Assembly (NCBI GenBank): GCA_963716725.1
Contig: CAVQUB010000006.1
Location: forward strand, 96,001-160,000
Direction: 5' to 3'
Origin: an uncultured delta proteobacterium
GTDB lineage: Bacteria > Myxococcota_A > Polyangia > Polyangiales > Polyangiaceae
DNA: 64,000 bases
Both the position numbers and the translations under genes were made by a program. Positions 51,710 through 63,293 of the stretch are shown one piece after another. Every line of letters starts with the position of its first letter. Positions within the stretch are counted from its first letter, which is position 1. The notes under the pieces were generated by a model that did not search any database, was not told where the DNA came from, and saw only the letters and a program-made list of their open reading frames with translations.

Positions 51710-54337
51710 ATGCCGAGACGCGAGCTGACCCAGCCGTACGAACCGAATCCAGCGCTGAGAGCGCTGTATCGGCCGTTCTTCGATCGCATCCAGGTGGACC
51801 AGAGCTGGGTCGACGAGGTCCGCCGGCTGGCCGAGGCAGGCAGCGTCGTCTACGTGCTGCGGAACCTGAACTTCATCGACTTCCTGGCGCTGGACCATTT
51901 GACCAAGCGCTTCGCGCTGCCCCAGGTCCGCTTCGCCAACGACCTGGGCCTGTGGATCCTGAACCCGATGGGCAAGGGGTGGCTCAACGCCATCTTCCCG
52001 CGCAGCGACGTCAAACCGTCGGACGAGCTCGCGGACGCCCTGAGCCGGGGCGGATCGGCCGCCCTCTTCCTCAAGCGGCCCCCCGGGGTGCTCGACGTGG
52101 CCGCGGGCGGCAGCCACGGTCGCGGGCTCACCGAAGGCGACGATCTGATTCGAACCCTGATCCGCCTGCAGCGCCAGCAGACCCGATCCATTCTGCTCGT
52201 GCCTCAGGTGTTCGTGTGGTCGAAAGACCCCGACACCCGCGGCAAGGGCTCCTTCGACTTCGTGCTCGGCCCCCGCGAGTGGCCCAGCGCCATCCGCACC
52301 GTCGGGCAGTTCCTCTACAACTACAAACACGTCGCGCTCAAGGCTGGTGACCCCCTCGACCTCCGAGACTTCCTCGCCAAGCGCGATGCGAGCGAAGACG
52401 TGGCCGTGCGCCGCATCACCTACGCCATGCTCGCCCGCGTCGAACGCGAACGGCGCAGCGTCACGGGCCCCGCCGAGAAGGCCCCCGATCGCGTGCGCAT
52501 GGAGATCCTGCGCTCGCCCAAGCTGCGGAGCACCATCGAAGATCTCGCCGGCGAGAAGCTCGCCGATCGCTACGTGATCACCGCCCGCGCCCTGGCCATG
52601 CTGCGGGAGCTCCAGGCCCTGCCCGACATGGCCGCCATCAAGGGCCTCGAGGCGATCTTCGACCGGGTCTTCCATCGGATCTACGCCGGCATCGAGTACG
52701 ACAAGAGCGAAATCGAGCGGGTCCGCGACGCCGCCAAGCAAGGCTCGCTCGTGCTCCTGCCCAGCCACAAGAGCCACATCGACTACCTGGTGTTGAGCTA
52801 CGTGTTCAACGAGTCCAACCTCCAGCTCCCGCTGATCGCCGCCGGGGAAAACCTCAACTTCTTCCCCCTCGGCACCATCTTCCGCCGCAGCGGCGCCTTC
52901 TTCATCCGACGCTCGTTCAAGGGTGACAAGCTCTACACCGCGGTGGTCGACGCCTACATCCGGCGACTGATCCGCGACGGATTTCCGATTGAGCTTTTCC
53001 TGGAAGGCGGGCGCAGCCGCACCGGCAAGCTGATGGCCCCCAAGTTCGGTCTCCTGAACATGATCGTCGACGCCGCGCTGTCCGTGCCGCAGAAGACCAC
53101 CTACTTCGTGCCGGTCAGCATCGGCTACGAGCGAATCATCGAGGCCGCGAGCTATGAGAGCGAGATGGCCGGCGGCGAAAAGAAGCGGGAGGACGCCACC
53201 GATCTGCTCCGCACTCCCGAGGTGCTGCGCCACCGCTACGGCCGCATCAGCCTGCAGTTCGGCGAAATCTTGTCGCTGGCAGAGGTCGGCGCGGAGCTCG
53301 GCATCGCGCTCGAGGACGTTCGTTCCCCCGGCAAGCGGCGCGCGCTGGTGACTCGCCTCGGCAACCGCGTCATGGACGAGATCAACCAGGCCACCGCCGT
53401 GACCCCGGGGGCGCTCACGGCCCTCGCGCTGCTCTCACACCCCCGGCGAGGCATGCCCTGGAGCGAGCTGGTCGACCGGGCCTCGAAGTTCTCCACCGTG
53501 CTTGCCTCCCTCGGCGCGCACATCTCGAAGAGCGCCGTGACCCCGACCGGCGCCCTGCGTTCCGAAGCCATCCGCGAGTCCGCGCAGATGTTCGCCGACG
53601 CCAATCTGGTCGAGGTCCACACGCCCTTGGGCGAGGGCGCGAAAGAGAAGCGCTCGCGCAGCATCGAGGACGAGTCGATCCTCACGCCGGTCGAGAAACG
53701 CCGGCTCGTGCTCGACACCACGAAGAACATCATCGTGCACTTCTTCGTCGAGCGCGCGCTGGTCGCCGTGGCGGCGTTGGTACCGCCCGGACCGCCCGTC
53801 GCCGGAGCCACGGTACGGGAGCGAGTTCAGACGCTGTCGCGCCTCTTCAAGTACGAGTTCCGCTTCCGGGCCGACGCGCCCTTCGACGCCATCTTCGACG
53901 AGACCGTGGCGGCGATGCAGGAGAGCGGGGCGATCGCTCGGGATCCGGGCGGAGACCTCGTTTGCGGTCCGGGAGCCAACGGCGCGAGCGGACGCGATTG
54001 GCTCGAGCTGTACGCGAGCGTGGTGACCAACTTTCTAGAGGGCTACCGCGTCGCTGCCCGAGGCCTCGGAGCCCTGCTCAAGGCGGACGCCACCCCGAAG
54101 GATCTCACCAAGAAATGCCTGGCCGTCGGCAATCGCATGTTCTTCGCCGGAGAGATCTCGCGCAAGGAGGCGGTCAGCAAGCCGCTGGTCGAAAACGCGC
54201 TGACCGCCTTCGTCGATCAGGGGTACCTGCTCAAGAATGAGGGTAAGCTCGAGCTGACCGACACCTTTCGGGCGCAGACGGCCGTGGCCACCATCGAGAG
54301 CAAAATCGCCTTGTTTCTGGGGCAAGGCAAAGAATGA
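51710..54337 (+). CDS. plsB: glycerol-3-phosphate O-acyltransferase (PlsB family)
   Basis: PSHKSHIDY (HxxxxD), AGENLNF, GAFFIRR and FLEGGRSRTGK. Confidence 0.92.
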   Translation: MPRRELTQPYEPNPALRALYRPFFDRIQVDQSWVDEVRRLAEAGSVVYVLRNLNFIDFLALDHLTKRFALPQVRFANDLGLWILNPMGKGWLNAIFPRSDVKPSDELADALSRGGSAALFLKRPPGVLDVAAGGSHGRGLTEGDDLIRTLIRLQRQQTRSILLVPQVFVWSKDPDTRGKGSFDFVLGPREWPSAIRTVGQFLYNYKHVALKAGDPLDLRDFLAKRDASEDVAVRRITYAMLARVERERRSVTGPAEKAPDRVRMEILRSPKLRSTIEDLAGEKLADRYVITARALAMLRELQALPDMAAIKGLEAIFDRVFHRIYAGIEYDKSEIERVRDAAKQGSLVLLPSHKSHIDYLVLSYVFNESNLQLPLIAAGENLNFFPLGTIFRRSGAFFIRRSFKGDKLYTAVVDAYIRRLIRDGFPIELFLEGGRSRTGKLMAPKFGLLNMIVDAALSVPQKTTYFVPVSIGYERIIEAASYESEMAGGEKKREDATDLLRTPEVLRHRYGRISLQFGEILSLAEVGAELGIALEDVRSPGKRRALVTRLGNRVMDEINQATAVTPGALTALALLSHPRRGMPWSELVDRASKFSTVLASLGAHISKSAVTPTGALRSEAIRESAQMFADANLVEVHTPLGEGAKEKRSRSIEDESILTPVEKRRLVLDTTKNIIVHFFVERALVAVAALVPPGPPVAGATVRERVQTLSRLFKYEFRFRADAPFDAIFDETVAAMQESGAIARDPGGDLVCGPGANGASGRDWLELYASVVTNFLEGYRVAARGLGALLKADATPKDLTKKCLAVGNRMFFAGEISRKEAVSKPLVENALTAFVDQGYLLKNEGKLELTDTFRAQTAVATIESKIALFLGQGKE

Positions 54338-55182
54338 GATCAGCCGTCCTGATTCCCTTCTTGCTCACTTCGGGCTGCTTCGGTGTGCCGACTCCCCTCG
54401 CCCCGCTGGTCGACGGATCCGTGGGCGTCCCGCACGCCGGCGTGCTGCGCGGCGGCGCGGAGCTGCCCGTGCGCGGCAAGGGCTTCGCGCGACTGCGCCC
54501 CAAGAGCTCGCACTACTGGGGCAACCCGCGCCTGGTCCGATCGATCGAGGGCGCCGCTCGCGCCGTCGCCGAGGGCGCCCCCGGCGGCGCACCGCTCTTC
54601 GTTGGCGATCTTTCGGCGCGCCAGGGCGGCAAGATCCCCGGCCACCGTTCGCACCGGACGGGCCGCGACGTCGACTTGCTCTTCTACGCCACGACGCCCT
54701 CGGGCGCTCCGGTGCCGAGTCCGGGCTTCGTCAAGTTCGGCACCGATGGGCTCGCGCAGGTGAAGGACGAACACTTCGTGCGATTCGACGTCGAACGCAA
54801 CTGGCTCTTGGTGCGGGCTCTCGTCGCCTCACCCGAGGCGCAGGTGCAGTGGCTCTTCGCCAGCCGTGGCGTCGAAGCTCTCTTGATCGACTACGCGCGT
54901 GCCCGGGGCGAACCGCTCGACCTGATCTGGCGGGCCGAGACCATGCTGCTCGAACCCGGTGATTCGAGCCCCCACGACGATCACTTTCACGTCCGCCTCG
55001 GCTGCTCCGCGGACGAGGAGATCGCCGGCTGCGAAGGCGGGGGCCCGCGCTGGGACTGGCTCGAGAGCTACCCGCCGCTGCCGCCGCTCGATCGAAACGC
55101 GCTCAGCGAAATCGCCAGCGATGACCCCTTCGGCCTGGAAGCCGCCGCGCTCGAGGGTGCTGCCGCGGGCGACGATGTCTGA
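54334..55182 (+). CDS. mepA: penicillin-insensitive murein endopeptidase (MepA-like) lipoprotein
   Basis: GDLS..GG, HRSHRTGRDVD and HDDHFHVR. Confidence 0.82.
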   Translation: MRSAVLIPFLLTSGCFGVPTPLAPLVDGSVGVPHAGVLRGGAELPVRGKGFARLRPKSSHYWGNPRLVRSIEGAARAVAEGAPGGAPLFVGDLSARQGGKIPGHRSHRTGRDVDLLFYATTPSGAPVPSPGFVKFGTDGLAQVKDEHFVRFDVERNWLLVRALVASPEAQVQWLFASRGVEALLIDYARARGEPLDLIWRAETMLLEPGDSSPHDDHFHVRLGCSADEEIAGCEGGGPRWDWLESYPPLPPLDRNALSEIASDDPFGLEAAALEGAAAGDDV

Positions 55183-56083
55183 ACGCAGCCCGGGGCCTCG
55201 GGGCGCCCTGCTCGAAGGCGACTGCCTCGAACAGCTCCCGACCCTGGGCCGTCAGCGCTTCGATCTGGTCTACGTCGACCCGCCCTTCAACACCGGATTC
55301 GCTCATCGCGCGCGCCGCACCCAAGGAGCGCGCGTCCACGGCGCACTCGCCTACGACGACGCCTGGGGCGGACTCGACGCGTTCTTGGCCATGCTCGAAC
55401 CGCGCCTCGCGGCGATCCGCGGCGTCTTGGCCGACACTGGCAGCCTGTGGTTGCACCTCGATCACCGCGCCGTGCACGACGCCAAGGTCGTCGCCGATCG
55501 CGTCTTCGGTCGCGGAGGCTTCAAGGGCGAAGTCATCTGGGTGCCGGGCAACGGCGCCCGCGGCAAGAGCGGTCCCTGCGTCACGCACCAGACCATCCTG
55601 GTCTACGCCAAGGCGCGCGAAATGCTCTGGAACCACGACGACCCCTGGCTGCGCGAGCCCTTCGCCAAGACCAGCCTCGACATGCACTTCACGCACACCG
55701 ACGCCCAAGGCCGCCGCTTTCGCGAGCGCGTCATCGGCGGCAAGGCCTATCGCTACTACGCTGACGTCGGACGCAAGCTCGGCAGCGTGTGGACCGACTG
55801 CCCGGCCATGCGAGCGAACACGCCCCTCGATCCCGAGTCCACCGGCTATCCCACTCAGAAACCCGAGCGCCTTCTGGAACGCATCGTGCGGGCGACGACG
55901 CCGGCCCGGGGCCGGGTCCTCGATCCGATGTGCGGCAGCGGCACCACGCTGGCCGTCGCCCAGCGCCTGGGCCGGCGTTGGGTCGGCATCGACCAGAGCC
56001 CCGTGGCCCTGGCCGTCACTCGCGCTCGACTCGGCCTCACGAGTTCAAAGCCGGGGGCGCGAGCTCGTAGCGTGTCGCGGTAG
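55175..56083 (+). CDS. orphan site-specific DNA methyltransferase (N6A/N4C, beta class)
   Basis: Motif IV DPPF precedes motif [10 protein letters not shown], with [13 protein letters not shown]. Confidence 0.9.
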   Translation: MSERSPGPRGALLEGDCLEQLPTLGRQRFDLVYVDPPFNTGFAHRARRTQGARVHGALAYDDAWGGLDAFLAMLEPRLAAIRGVLADTGSLWLHLDHRAVHDAKVVADRVFGRGGFKGEVIWVPGNGARGKSGPCVTHQTILVYAKAREMLWNHDDPWLREPFAKTSLDMHFTHTDAQGRRFRERVIGGKAYRYYADVGRKLGSVWTDCPAMRANTPLDPESTGYPTQKPERLLERIVRATTPARGRVLDPMCGSGTTLAVAQRLGRRWVGIDQSPVALAVTRARLGLTSSKPGARARSVSR

Positions 56084-58765
56084 CTCCCGCGCGCAACGGA
56101 ACGAGAGACCGGTGCCACGCGTGAGGGCGTAGAGCCCACCGCGGGAGGTCGATCGCGCCCAGCTCGCGTCGCCGCTCCAGAGCCCGGAGCGCACCATGCG
56201 AAAACCCGACTCGCCTCGGCCGGTCTCGGGATCCGGCTCGGGCTCCTGGTCGAGCTCCGCGGCGGTCTTCTCCTTGAAGATGTCGCCGACCCACTCGCGC
56301 ATGCCGCCGGCCAGGTCGCGCACACCGTAGGGCGAGACGTCCTTCGGGAACGAGCCCACCGGCTCGGGTTGCTGGATGAAGGGTCGCGAGTCGCGCATCT
56401 TGCAGAAGGTCGCGTCGAAGCGATCTCCCCAAGGAAAGAACCTACCGTCGCTCCCTCGCGCGGCCTTCTCCCACTCAATCTCGCTCGGCAGACGAACCGG
56501 AGCCCCGAGGCGCGCCGCGAGCCAGCGACAGTAGGCGCGAGCGTCGAACCAATCGATCAAGTGAACGGGTATCCGCCAGAGGTGGCCCTCGGCCTCGGGG
56601 AAGAGCTTGCGGGCTTCGCCCTCGATGATCTCGGAAATGGGCTCCCACCTGCCGCCCTGTCCGCGCTTGACCGCCATGCCTTCGGAGCCGCGCATGTCGT
56701 GGGGTGCACGGCGGAGCGCGAGGTCGGGCTGCTGCTGCGAGATCTCGTCGAGGAACTCGCAGTACTCCCGGATCGTGACCGGATACTCCGCGATGGCGAA
56801 ATCGCCGACGGTCACGTCTTGGCGCGGGATCGGATCGATGGCGTCCGGATCCCCGCCGACCGTGATCGTACCGCCAGGAACATAGACGAAACCCTCGCCG
56901 ATCTCGTCGTCCCGGTAGAGCGTCACGCGGCCGTCGTGTCGACCTCCGCGGGAGAGCGAGACCGGATAGCGCACGTCACGCAAGCCCGGAGCGCGAAGCA
57001 CCACGAGATAGCTGCCCGGATCGAGCCGCACGTCCGCGAGCGGCGTACGACCCAAGAAACGCTCCGAGCCCGGCACCAGCACGCGGTCTTGCTCTGCGTA
57101 GCGCTGGGCAAAAACCTGCGCTCCCGGCGGATTCGAGCGCAGACTGAAATGCGCTTCGGCGCGGATCAGCGCGCCGAACTCCCCGCTGTCGTGTTCGAGA
57201 ACCAGCGCCTCGTAGTAGACCTGTGCCGCCGGGCGGCGATCGGTCTCGGCGGTCAAAGCCCGTGACCAGTAGAGTTCGGCCAACCCGCGGTGGGCCGGCT
57301 GGCACTCCGAGTCGTAGCCAAGCGCCTTGGTGTAGAGCTCGATGCACTGGGCCAGCGCCAGGCCTCCCTCGCGATCGGCTTCGGCGATGCGGTCTTCGAT
57401 GCGCCAGGCCGTACGCTTCTTCTCGACGGACTCCCAAGCCGCGATCTCTTTCTTCACCTCGCGCGCCACCCCGGTGAGCTGGCGCCGCTCGGCCTCGAGC
57501 TCCTGGTGGCGCCTCCTCGGCTCGGCAGCCTGGTCACACAGGCGCAGCGCCTCGTCCCGTCGGCGGTCCTTCTCCTTGGCGCCCTCGAGAAACTCTTCCA
57601 CACCCTGGGCGACCAGATCGGCGGACTTGGGCCGCTTCGCCGGATCGGACTCCATGAGCTTCAGACACAGGTCTTCGAGCAAGAGCGGGCAGGCAGGGCT
57701 GACTTCGCGGGGCGGGGTCGCGCCTTTCTCGTACGCGGCCACCAATGCCCGCGCGTCCGACGCGAAGCCGAAGGGATGCTTACCGGTCAGGATTTCGTAC
57801 AGGATGACGCCGAGGGCGAACAGATCGCTGCGTTGATCGACGTCTGCCCAAACGCCCAGCGCGACCTCCGGCGCAAGGTAGCCAGGCGTGCCACCGGCGG
57901 GAGAGCCGAAGGCCGGCGGCGGCTGCGAGCCCCGCAGGTGCTGGCGCAGGGAGCTGTCCCGGTGCACCTTCGCCAGGCCCCAATCGGCCAGGTACACCTC
58001 GCCGAAATCGCCGAGCAAGATGTTGTCGGGTTTGATGTCGCCGTGCAGCACTCCGCGCGCGTGTGCATAGCCCAGCGCGCGACACACCTGCACAAAGGCT
58101 CCAAGCAGGCGCACCATCGACCACTGCGCGCGCAAGGCGGGACGGTCGAGCACGTCGCCCAGCGACTGCTTCTTGACCACACGCATCGTGAAGAAGGGCT
58201 CACCGTCGTCGAGGACGCCGAGGTCGTAGATCGGCACGATGTTCGGGTGCTCGAGCTGCGAGGTGATGCGCGCTTCGGTGAGGAAGCGCCGGATCATGGC
58301 GCGATCGGGCTCGGGGTTGTGCATGGTCTTGAGCGCGACGATGCGCCCAATCTCGCGGTCGAGGGCGGCGACGACCTTGCCCATGCCGCCGCGACCGAGG
58401 ACCTCGACTGGCGAATAGCGCGGGCCCTCGAAGCGACCCGGCAGCAGGCTGACCTCGCGCCGCGATGGGCCCGTGCCGAGCTCGACGCTGGCGGGTGGCA
58501 ACGCGAGGCTGCCCGGCATCGTCGCGCGTTCGGACGCCGCCGGCGCCAACTGCTCAGGGAACGCCTGCAGCGTCGCCACGGGCCGGCGCTCTCCCGACTG
58601 GGTCAAGGCGACGAATCGCTCTTGCGGCAGGACTGAGGCGAGCGCCGCTTCGGGTGAGACGGCCGGCTCGCCCGCCACCTGCGCGATCTCCCAGAACTCT
58701 TCCGGGCTCATGAGCCCGCGCGAGAGCGCCTCCAACGCCAGCTCGCGCGCGTCTCGGAGCTTCAT
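56045..58765 (-). CDS. Ser/Thr kinase - helical region - PEGA-like - FGE-sulfatase (SUMF1) fusion
   Basis: [19 protein letters not shown] and [31 protein letters not shown] and [10 protein letters not shown]. Confidence 0.9.
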   Translation of the reverse strand: MKLRDARELALEALSRGLMSPEEFWEIAQVAGEPAVSPEAALASVLPQERFVALTQSGERRPVATLQAFPEQLAPAASERATMPGSLALPPASVELGTGPSRREVSLLPGRFEGPRYSPVEVLGRGGMGKVVAALDREIGRIVALKTMHNPEPDRAMIRRFLTEARITSQLEHPNIVPIYDLGVLDDGEPFFTMRVVKKQSLGDVLDRPALRAQWSMVRLLGAFVQVCRALGYAHARGVLHGDIKPDNILLGDFGEVYLADWGLAKVHRDSSLRQHLRGSQPPPAFGSPAGGTPGYLAPEVALGVWADVDQRSDLFALGVILYEILTGKHPFGFASDARALVAAYEKGATPPREVSPACPLLLEDLCLKLMESDPAKRPKSADLVAQGVEEFLEGAKEKDRRRDEALRLCDQAAEPRRRHQELEAERRQLTGVAREVKKEIAAWESVEKKRTAWRIEDRIAEADREGGLALAQCIELYTKALGYDSECQPAHRGLAELYWSRALTAETDRRPAAQVYYEALVLEHDSGEFGALIRAEAHFSLRSNPPGAQVFAQRYAEQDRVLVPGSERFLGRTPLADVRLDPGSYLVVLRAPGLRDVRYPVSLSRGGRHDGRVTLYRDDEIGEGFVYVPGGTITVGGDPDAIDPIPRQDVTVGDFAIAEYPVTIREYCEFLDEISQQQPDLALRRAPHDMRGSEGMAVKRGQGGRWEPISEIIEGEARKLFPEAEGHLWRIPVHLIDWFDARAYCRWLAARLGAPVRLPSEIEWEKAARGSDGRFFPWGDRFDATFCKMRDSRPFIQQPEPVGSFPKDVSPYGVRDLAGGMREWVGDIFKEKTAAELDQEPEPDPETGRGESGFRMVRSGLWSGDASWARSTSRGGLYALTRGTGLSFRCARELPRHATSSRPRL

Positions 58766-58806
58766 CAGAGCATCAGGCTATCACGCAGGTCCGGCGGCCG
58801 CGGCGA

Positions 58807-59241
58807 TCACGGGTCGCAGGCGACGGGTCGGAGCGAGAAGGTCGGGGCGGGGTCCTGGGTCTCGTCCACCGAGCCGTCCCAGACCGTGTCGACGCAGCAC
58901 TGCTTGCGCGCCATGGCGCCCAGCACCGCGCGCGTCGCAATGCGACGTCCCGGACCTTCGGGCACCTTGGTGATGATCTTGTTGTAGATGGAGATGAGCG
59001 GGTTGCAGGGGTTCGGCGGATACATGGGCCCGCCGACGCCCGGCAGGTGCGCTGTGTTCTGGAGCCGCCTGAAGTAACCCAAAGCGGCTCCGGCTCCGGG
59101 GTACCCGGCGAGGGTCTCCGCCTTGCCATCGAAGTCCATCATCCTCACGCGGGCCGCCTTGTTGGGAGCGGAGTTGCCCACCCCAGCGATGGTCATCACA
59201 CCAACTACAGAGAGCAGGGCAGAGATCTTCAGGTGTCGCAT
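58807..59241 (-). CDS. secreted hypothetical protein
   Basis: GAGGAG RBS, signal peptide and four Cys. Confidence 0.6.
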   Translation of the reverse strand: MRHLKISALLSVVGVMTIAGVGNSAPNKAARVRMMDFDGKAETLAGYPGAGAALGYFRRLQNTAHLPGVGGPMYPPNPCNPLISIYNKIITKVPEGPGRRIATRAVLGAMARKQCCVDTVWDGSVDETQDPAPTFSLRPVACDP

Positions 59242-59389
59242 GGAGCTCCTCGATGTGTGCACGGGGCGAAATTTCCCGAGAGTCACCGATAACGATACCC
59301 GAGTCTCTTCCGCCGTCAACGATCTCGACGCAGGCGAGCGCTGCCTACACCTGACGCCAAGGTGAGACGCCGCGGCGCGGCGCGGCTCG

Positions 59390-60043
59390 TCACACGCTCA
59401 TGGTTCGGAGCTCGGTCGACACGCGCAGCGGGGGCTCGGTCTTTTCAATGACCTCATCGGCGGTCACGCCCGGCGCGAGCTCAACCAAGGTGAGCCCGCT
59501 CGCGTCGACGTCGATCACGGCCAAATCGGTGATGATGCGGTGCACGACGGCCTTGCCGGTGAGAGGCAGCGCGCAGACGTTCAGGATCTTGGGCGCCCCG
59601 CTCTTGGCCGTGTGCTCCATGATCACGACCACGCGCTTTGCGCCGTGGACCAGATCCATGGCGCCACCCATGCCCTTGATCATCTTGCCGGGGATCATCC
59701 AGTTGGCGAGATCGCCCTCGCGGCTGACCTCCATGGCGCCCAGGATGGCCAGATCGACGTGCCCACCCCGGATCATCGAAAAGCTCGTGGAGCTATCGAA
59801 GATCGAGGAGCCGGGCACCATGGTGACGGTCTCTTTTCCGGCGTTGATCAGGTCGGCGTCTTCTTCACCCTCGATGGGATAGGGCCCGATGCCGAGCAAG
59901 CCGTTCTCGCTCTGCAGCATCACCTCGACGCCGTCGGGGATGTAGTTGGCCACCAGGGTCGGCATCCCGATGCCGAGGTTCACGGTGAAGCCGTCTCGAA
60001 GCTCTTGGGCGGCCCGCTGTGCAATCTGCTCTCGCGTCAGCAT
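59390..60043 (-). CDS. scoB: 3-oxoacid CoA-transferase subunit B
   Basis: [20 protein letters not shown] and GMGGAMDL. Confidence 0.93.
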   Translation of the reverse strand: MLTREQIAQRAAQELRDGFTVNLGIGMPTLVANYIPDGVEVMLQSENGLLGIGPYPIEGEEDADLINAGKETVTMVPGSSIFDSSTSFSMIRGGHVDLAILGAMEVSREGDLANWMIPGKMIKGMGGAMDLVHGAKRVVVIMEHTAKSGAPKILNVCALPLTGKAVVHRIITDLAVIDVDASGLTLVELAPGVTADEVIEKTEPPLRVSTELRTMSV

Positions 60044-60057
60044 CGTCGTCTTGCTCC

Positions 60058-60756
60058 TCAGCTCTTGCGAGTGGTTCGGCGTTCGATGCGCTTCTGGTGG
60101 GCTCCACCGCCCACCACCACGCGCTGCACGAAGACGCCGGGCGTGTGGATGTCATCCGGATCGAGCTGCCCGACCTCGACCAGCTCCTCCACCTCGGCAA
60201 TGGTGATCTTTCCTGCCATCGCCACCAGGGGATTGAAGTTCCGCGCCGTCAGCCGGTAGCAGAGGTTGCCGTAGCGATCGCCCTTCCAGGCCTTCACCAG
60301 GGCGAACTCGCCGGTGAGGCCGCGCTCCATGACGTACATGCGTCCGTCGAACTCGCGCACCTCTTTGCCCTCGGCCACCTTCGTGCCAAAGCCCGCCGGC
60401 GTGTAAAACGCGGGGATGCCCGCGCCGCCGGCCCGCATGCGCTCGGCCAGGGTGCCCTGCGGCACCAACTCGACCTCGAGCTCTCCCGAGAGAAACTGGC
60501 GCTCGAACTCTTTGTTCTCGCCGACGTAGCTCGAGACCATGCGCCTTATCTGCTTGTTCTGCAGCAAGATGCCGAGACCGAACTCGTCGACCCCGCAGTT
60601 GTTGCTGATGAACGTCAGGTTCTTCACGCCCTTGTCCCGCAGCGCCTGAATGGCGAGCTCCGGGATGCCGCACAAACCGAACCCGCCGGCGAGGATGCTG
60701 GCGCCGTCTCCGACGTCGGCCACCGCCTCGGCGGCGCTCTTCATGACCTTGTCCAT
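60058..60756 (-). CDS. scoA: 3-oxoacid CoA-transferase subunit A
   Basis: [24 protein letters not shown] and TARNFNP. Confidence 0.93.
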   Translation of the reverse strand: MDKVMKSAAEAVADVGDGASILAGGFGLCGIPELAIQALRDKGVKNLTFISNNCGVDEFGLGILLQNKQIRRMVSSYVGENKEFERQFLSGELEVELVPQGTLAERMRAGGAGIPAFYTPAGFGTKVAEGKEVREFDGRMYVMERGLTGEFALVKAWKGDRYGNLCYRLTARNFNPLVAMAGKITIAEVEELVEVGQLDPDDIHTPGVFVQRVVVGGGAHQKRIERRTTRKS

Positions 60757-60945
60757 GGCGACGTTTCGCTACCACCGCCCGAGAGCGGGAGGAAGCGCGG
60801 AGCGGGCCCCCGACGCCGGCCCAGTCTCCGGCGCCCACGAGGTGGCGCAGCGAGCCAGCTCACCGACACAAGCCGTCCACGTACGCCGTAGGCCTGGCGG
60901 GTTTGGTTTGCGCGAGCAAAAACCGCTGCAAGACAAGGAAACTCG

Positions 60946-61245
60946 CTACAGCTTCGGGCCGCGGCCGCGGCGGGCACCCCAAACCGAGTGCAGCATGATG
61001 ACCTGGGCCTTTCGGTCGATTGAGAAGTACACGTGGTACTCGGTCTTCTCGAGCAGCCAGCGGCGGATGAGCCGGTTCTTTCGGTAACCGTAGACTTGGC
61101 CTGATGCCGGCGCCGCGGAGAGATGGAACTCGGCCGCCTCGAGCTCGTCCAAGAACAGCAGCAGCGCCCCAGGCCGGTTCTTGTTCCACCACAGGGCAGC
61201 GCGGACGATCTCGCGCTTCGCGCGGCCGGTCGCGCGGACTTTCAC
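60946..61245 (-). CDS. RelE/ParE-family toxin
   Basis: ~100-aa basic protein with AKREI...WW..NRP, YHVYF and VWGARR. GTGA overlap with the antitoxin. Confidence 0.8.
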   Translation of the reverse strand: MKVRATGRAKREIVRAALWWNKNRPGALLLFLDELEAAEFHLSAAPASGQVYGYRKNRLIRRWLLEKTEYHVYFSIDRKAQVIMLHSVWGARRGRGPKL

Positions 61246-61487
61246 AGCTGCACACGAAGTTCGGCGATGATCTTCGACAAGTCCTCGACGTTGCCCGCTT
61301 GCTCGTCATCCATGCTCTCGTCGATCGAGCGATGCAGAGCCGCTCGTTCCTCGTCATCGAGATCGTCGCCGCCGGTCGCGATCACCTCGTCGAGCGGAAT
61401 GAGTTCGATGACCTGCCCCTCGGGCAAGTCGGTGGGCTCGTCAAGCTTGAGCCGACCGTTTTCGACGCGGGCCTTCAGAGCTGACAT
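61242..61487 (-). CDS. putative antitoxin (DUF104/AF2212-like N-terminus, acidic C-terminus)
   Basis: MSALKARVENGRLKLDEPTDLPEGQVIEL...LDDEERAALHRSI, coupled to the toxin. Confidence 0.75.
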   Translation of the reverse strand: MSALKARVENGRLKLDEPTDLPEGQVIELIPLDEVIATGGDDLDDEERAALHRSIDESMDDEQAGNVEDLSKIIAELRVQL

Positions 61488-61654
61488 GCCGTGAAGATAC
61501 CGCGTTTCGCCCCTCTGCGCCGCGTCGAACAGGCGGTGCAGCTGGTTCGGGCCGATCGCCTTGGCTGCTGCCCTGCGCCCTTTGCGGCACGATGTTCCGC
61601 GCCGTAGCCGAGGCACGGGGACGCGCGCGCCTGCGGCAGAGCTGACGAGGGTCG

Positions 61655-63280
61655 TCAGAGAATCGTCTCGAAACCGTGCCCCTCGGCCCTCAACACCTCT
61701 TCGGCGGCGCGCACCCCGTGATCCTGCGCTTCTTCGAAGAGCCCGACGCCGGACAGATCGGAGTGCGCGAAGTGCACGCGGCCGAGGGGCTCCGCCGCCC
61801 GCTTGCGAGCCGCGCTCCAGATGAAGCCCGGGCCCGGCCGGACCATGGCGTGACCCCAACGCACGACGTCCACGCGTTCGATCACCTTGCCGATGTCCGA
61901 GTGCGCGGGCTCGAGCTCACGCAGGATCTCCGCCACGAAGTGCGTGTGATCCAGCTCGAGCAGCTTGGTACGGGCCAGCCGCGGTTCCGGATCGATCACG
62001 GGCTGGTAGTAGGTCAGCACCGTCGGACCGTAGTCCTCGAGGCGTTGGTGGGTCGCCACAACGTAGCCGAGGGAAGCGCCGCCGTAGATCACGTTGTCCC
62101 AGGCCATGCCGAAGCCGCGGCTCTTGGGCCGCCGGCGCAGGTGCAGGTTGGCGACCCACCACACGCCGTAGTCGAAGGATCGCAGGTGCTCGGGCGGCTG
62201 ATCGCGGAAGGGCCGGAGCACCCGAGGCACGACGAACTTGGGCAGGGCCATGATGACGCGGTCCGCAACGACCTTCGCGAGGGAGCCTTGGGCCGTGTCG
62301 AACACCGACAGCTCCACATCGCGCTCGCTCGGCACCACGTCGGTCACGAGTCGGCCGGTCGAGAGGCGACCTCCAGCAATGGACGCGAGGTGACGCACGA
62401 TGCGGCCGTTGCCCTCGGGCCACGACAGGAAGGGCGCGCTCAGGGCCCGCGGCGCCGGCACCCGCGAGCAGAAGTAGAAGAGCATCGCCCACGCGCTGGT
62501 CTCGGCGAGGGAGGCGCCGTAGTCGTCGCGGCAAGCGTACTCCACCCACCAGCGCAAGACGTCGCCGGAGAGCCCGCGCTGATCGAGCCAGGCGGCAGCG
62601 CTGATCCGATCGAGCGCGGTCACCTCCGCGTCGTCGCTCGACTGGCGGAGCGGCAGCGCAAAGGCGCGACGACCCTTGCCGTCACGCCACGTGACCCAGC
62701 GGTCGATCTCCTTCTGGAAACGCTCGAGCTCCGCACGGTCCTCGTCGGTGGCGATTGCCTGGGGCCACAAGCCCTCGTGCCAGCGGCCGTCGGCGAAGAC
62801 GCGCTCCTCGGGCTCGCGCACCAAGAGCTCCTCTTTGCCCCGGGGCTCGCCGTCCGGACCCCGCGCCTCGAGCGCGCCCATTTCGTCGAGCAAGGCCGTG
62901 AGCGCGCGGTTGTCCCGCGTCGGGACCGGCACGTAGTGCGCGCCCCAGGGGTGAGGCACGACTCCATCGGTCCCGAAGCTGCTGGTGCCGCCGGGCTCCG
63001 GCTCGAGCTCGAGCACCACGAAGTCTTTGAAGCCAGCGCGCTCGAGCCGCCAGGCCGCCGACAGACCGCTGGGCCCGGCGCCGACGATGACGACCTTCAC
63101 TCGCTTCGCTTCGCCGCTCGCGCGCTCGACGGTGGCGTCGCGCAAGCGGTGCCCAACGCTCGGATCGGGCCCGACCAGCTTGCCGGGGATGTCCCGAGGC
63201 GAGCGCTTGCATCCCGGAGCGGTCGCCATCAGCGGCGCCCCCGCGATCAGGCCGAGCAGCTCTCGGCGCGAGACGCTCAT
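61655..63280 (-). CDS. FAD-dependent oxidoreductase (amine oxidase-like) with a Tat-like signal
   Basis: SRRELL, GAGPSG dinucleotide-binding motif, WGAHY, RWGHAM and FEEA. Confidence 0.85.
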   Translation of the reverse strand: MSVSRRELLGLIAGAPLMATAPGCKRSPRDIPGKLVGPDPSVGHRLRDATVERASGEAKRVKVVIVGAGPSGLSAAWRLERAGFKDFVVLELEPEPGGTSSFGTDGVVPHPWGAHYVPVPTRDNRALTALLDEMGALEARGPDGEPRGKEELLVREPEERVFADGRWHEGLWPQAIATDEDRAELERFQKEIDRWVTWRDGKGRRAFALPLRQSSDDAEVTALDRISAAAWLDQRGLSGDVLRWWVEYACRDDYGASLAETSAWAMLFYFCSRVPAPRALSAPFLSWPEGNGRIVRHLASIAGGRLSTGRLVTDVVPSERDVELSVFDTAQGSLAKVVADRVIMALPKFVVPRVLRPFRDQPPEHLRSFDYGVWWVANLHLRRRPKSRGFGMAWDNVIYGGASLGYVVATHQRLEDYGPTVLTYYQPVIDPEPRLARTKLLELDHTHFVAEILRELEPAHSDIGKVIERVDVVRWGHAMVRPGPGFIWSAARKRAAEPLGRVHFAHSDLSGVGLFEEAQDHGVRAAEEVLRAEGHGFETIL

Positions 63281-63293
63281 CGCATGGGCTCGG

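Noticed and set aside
56045..56300. DGR target (FGE/CLec-fold C-terminus)
   Set aside because: No reverse transcriptase and no template-repeat copy of this segment was seen in the window.
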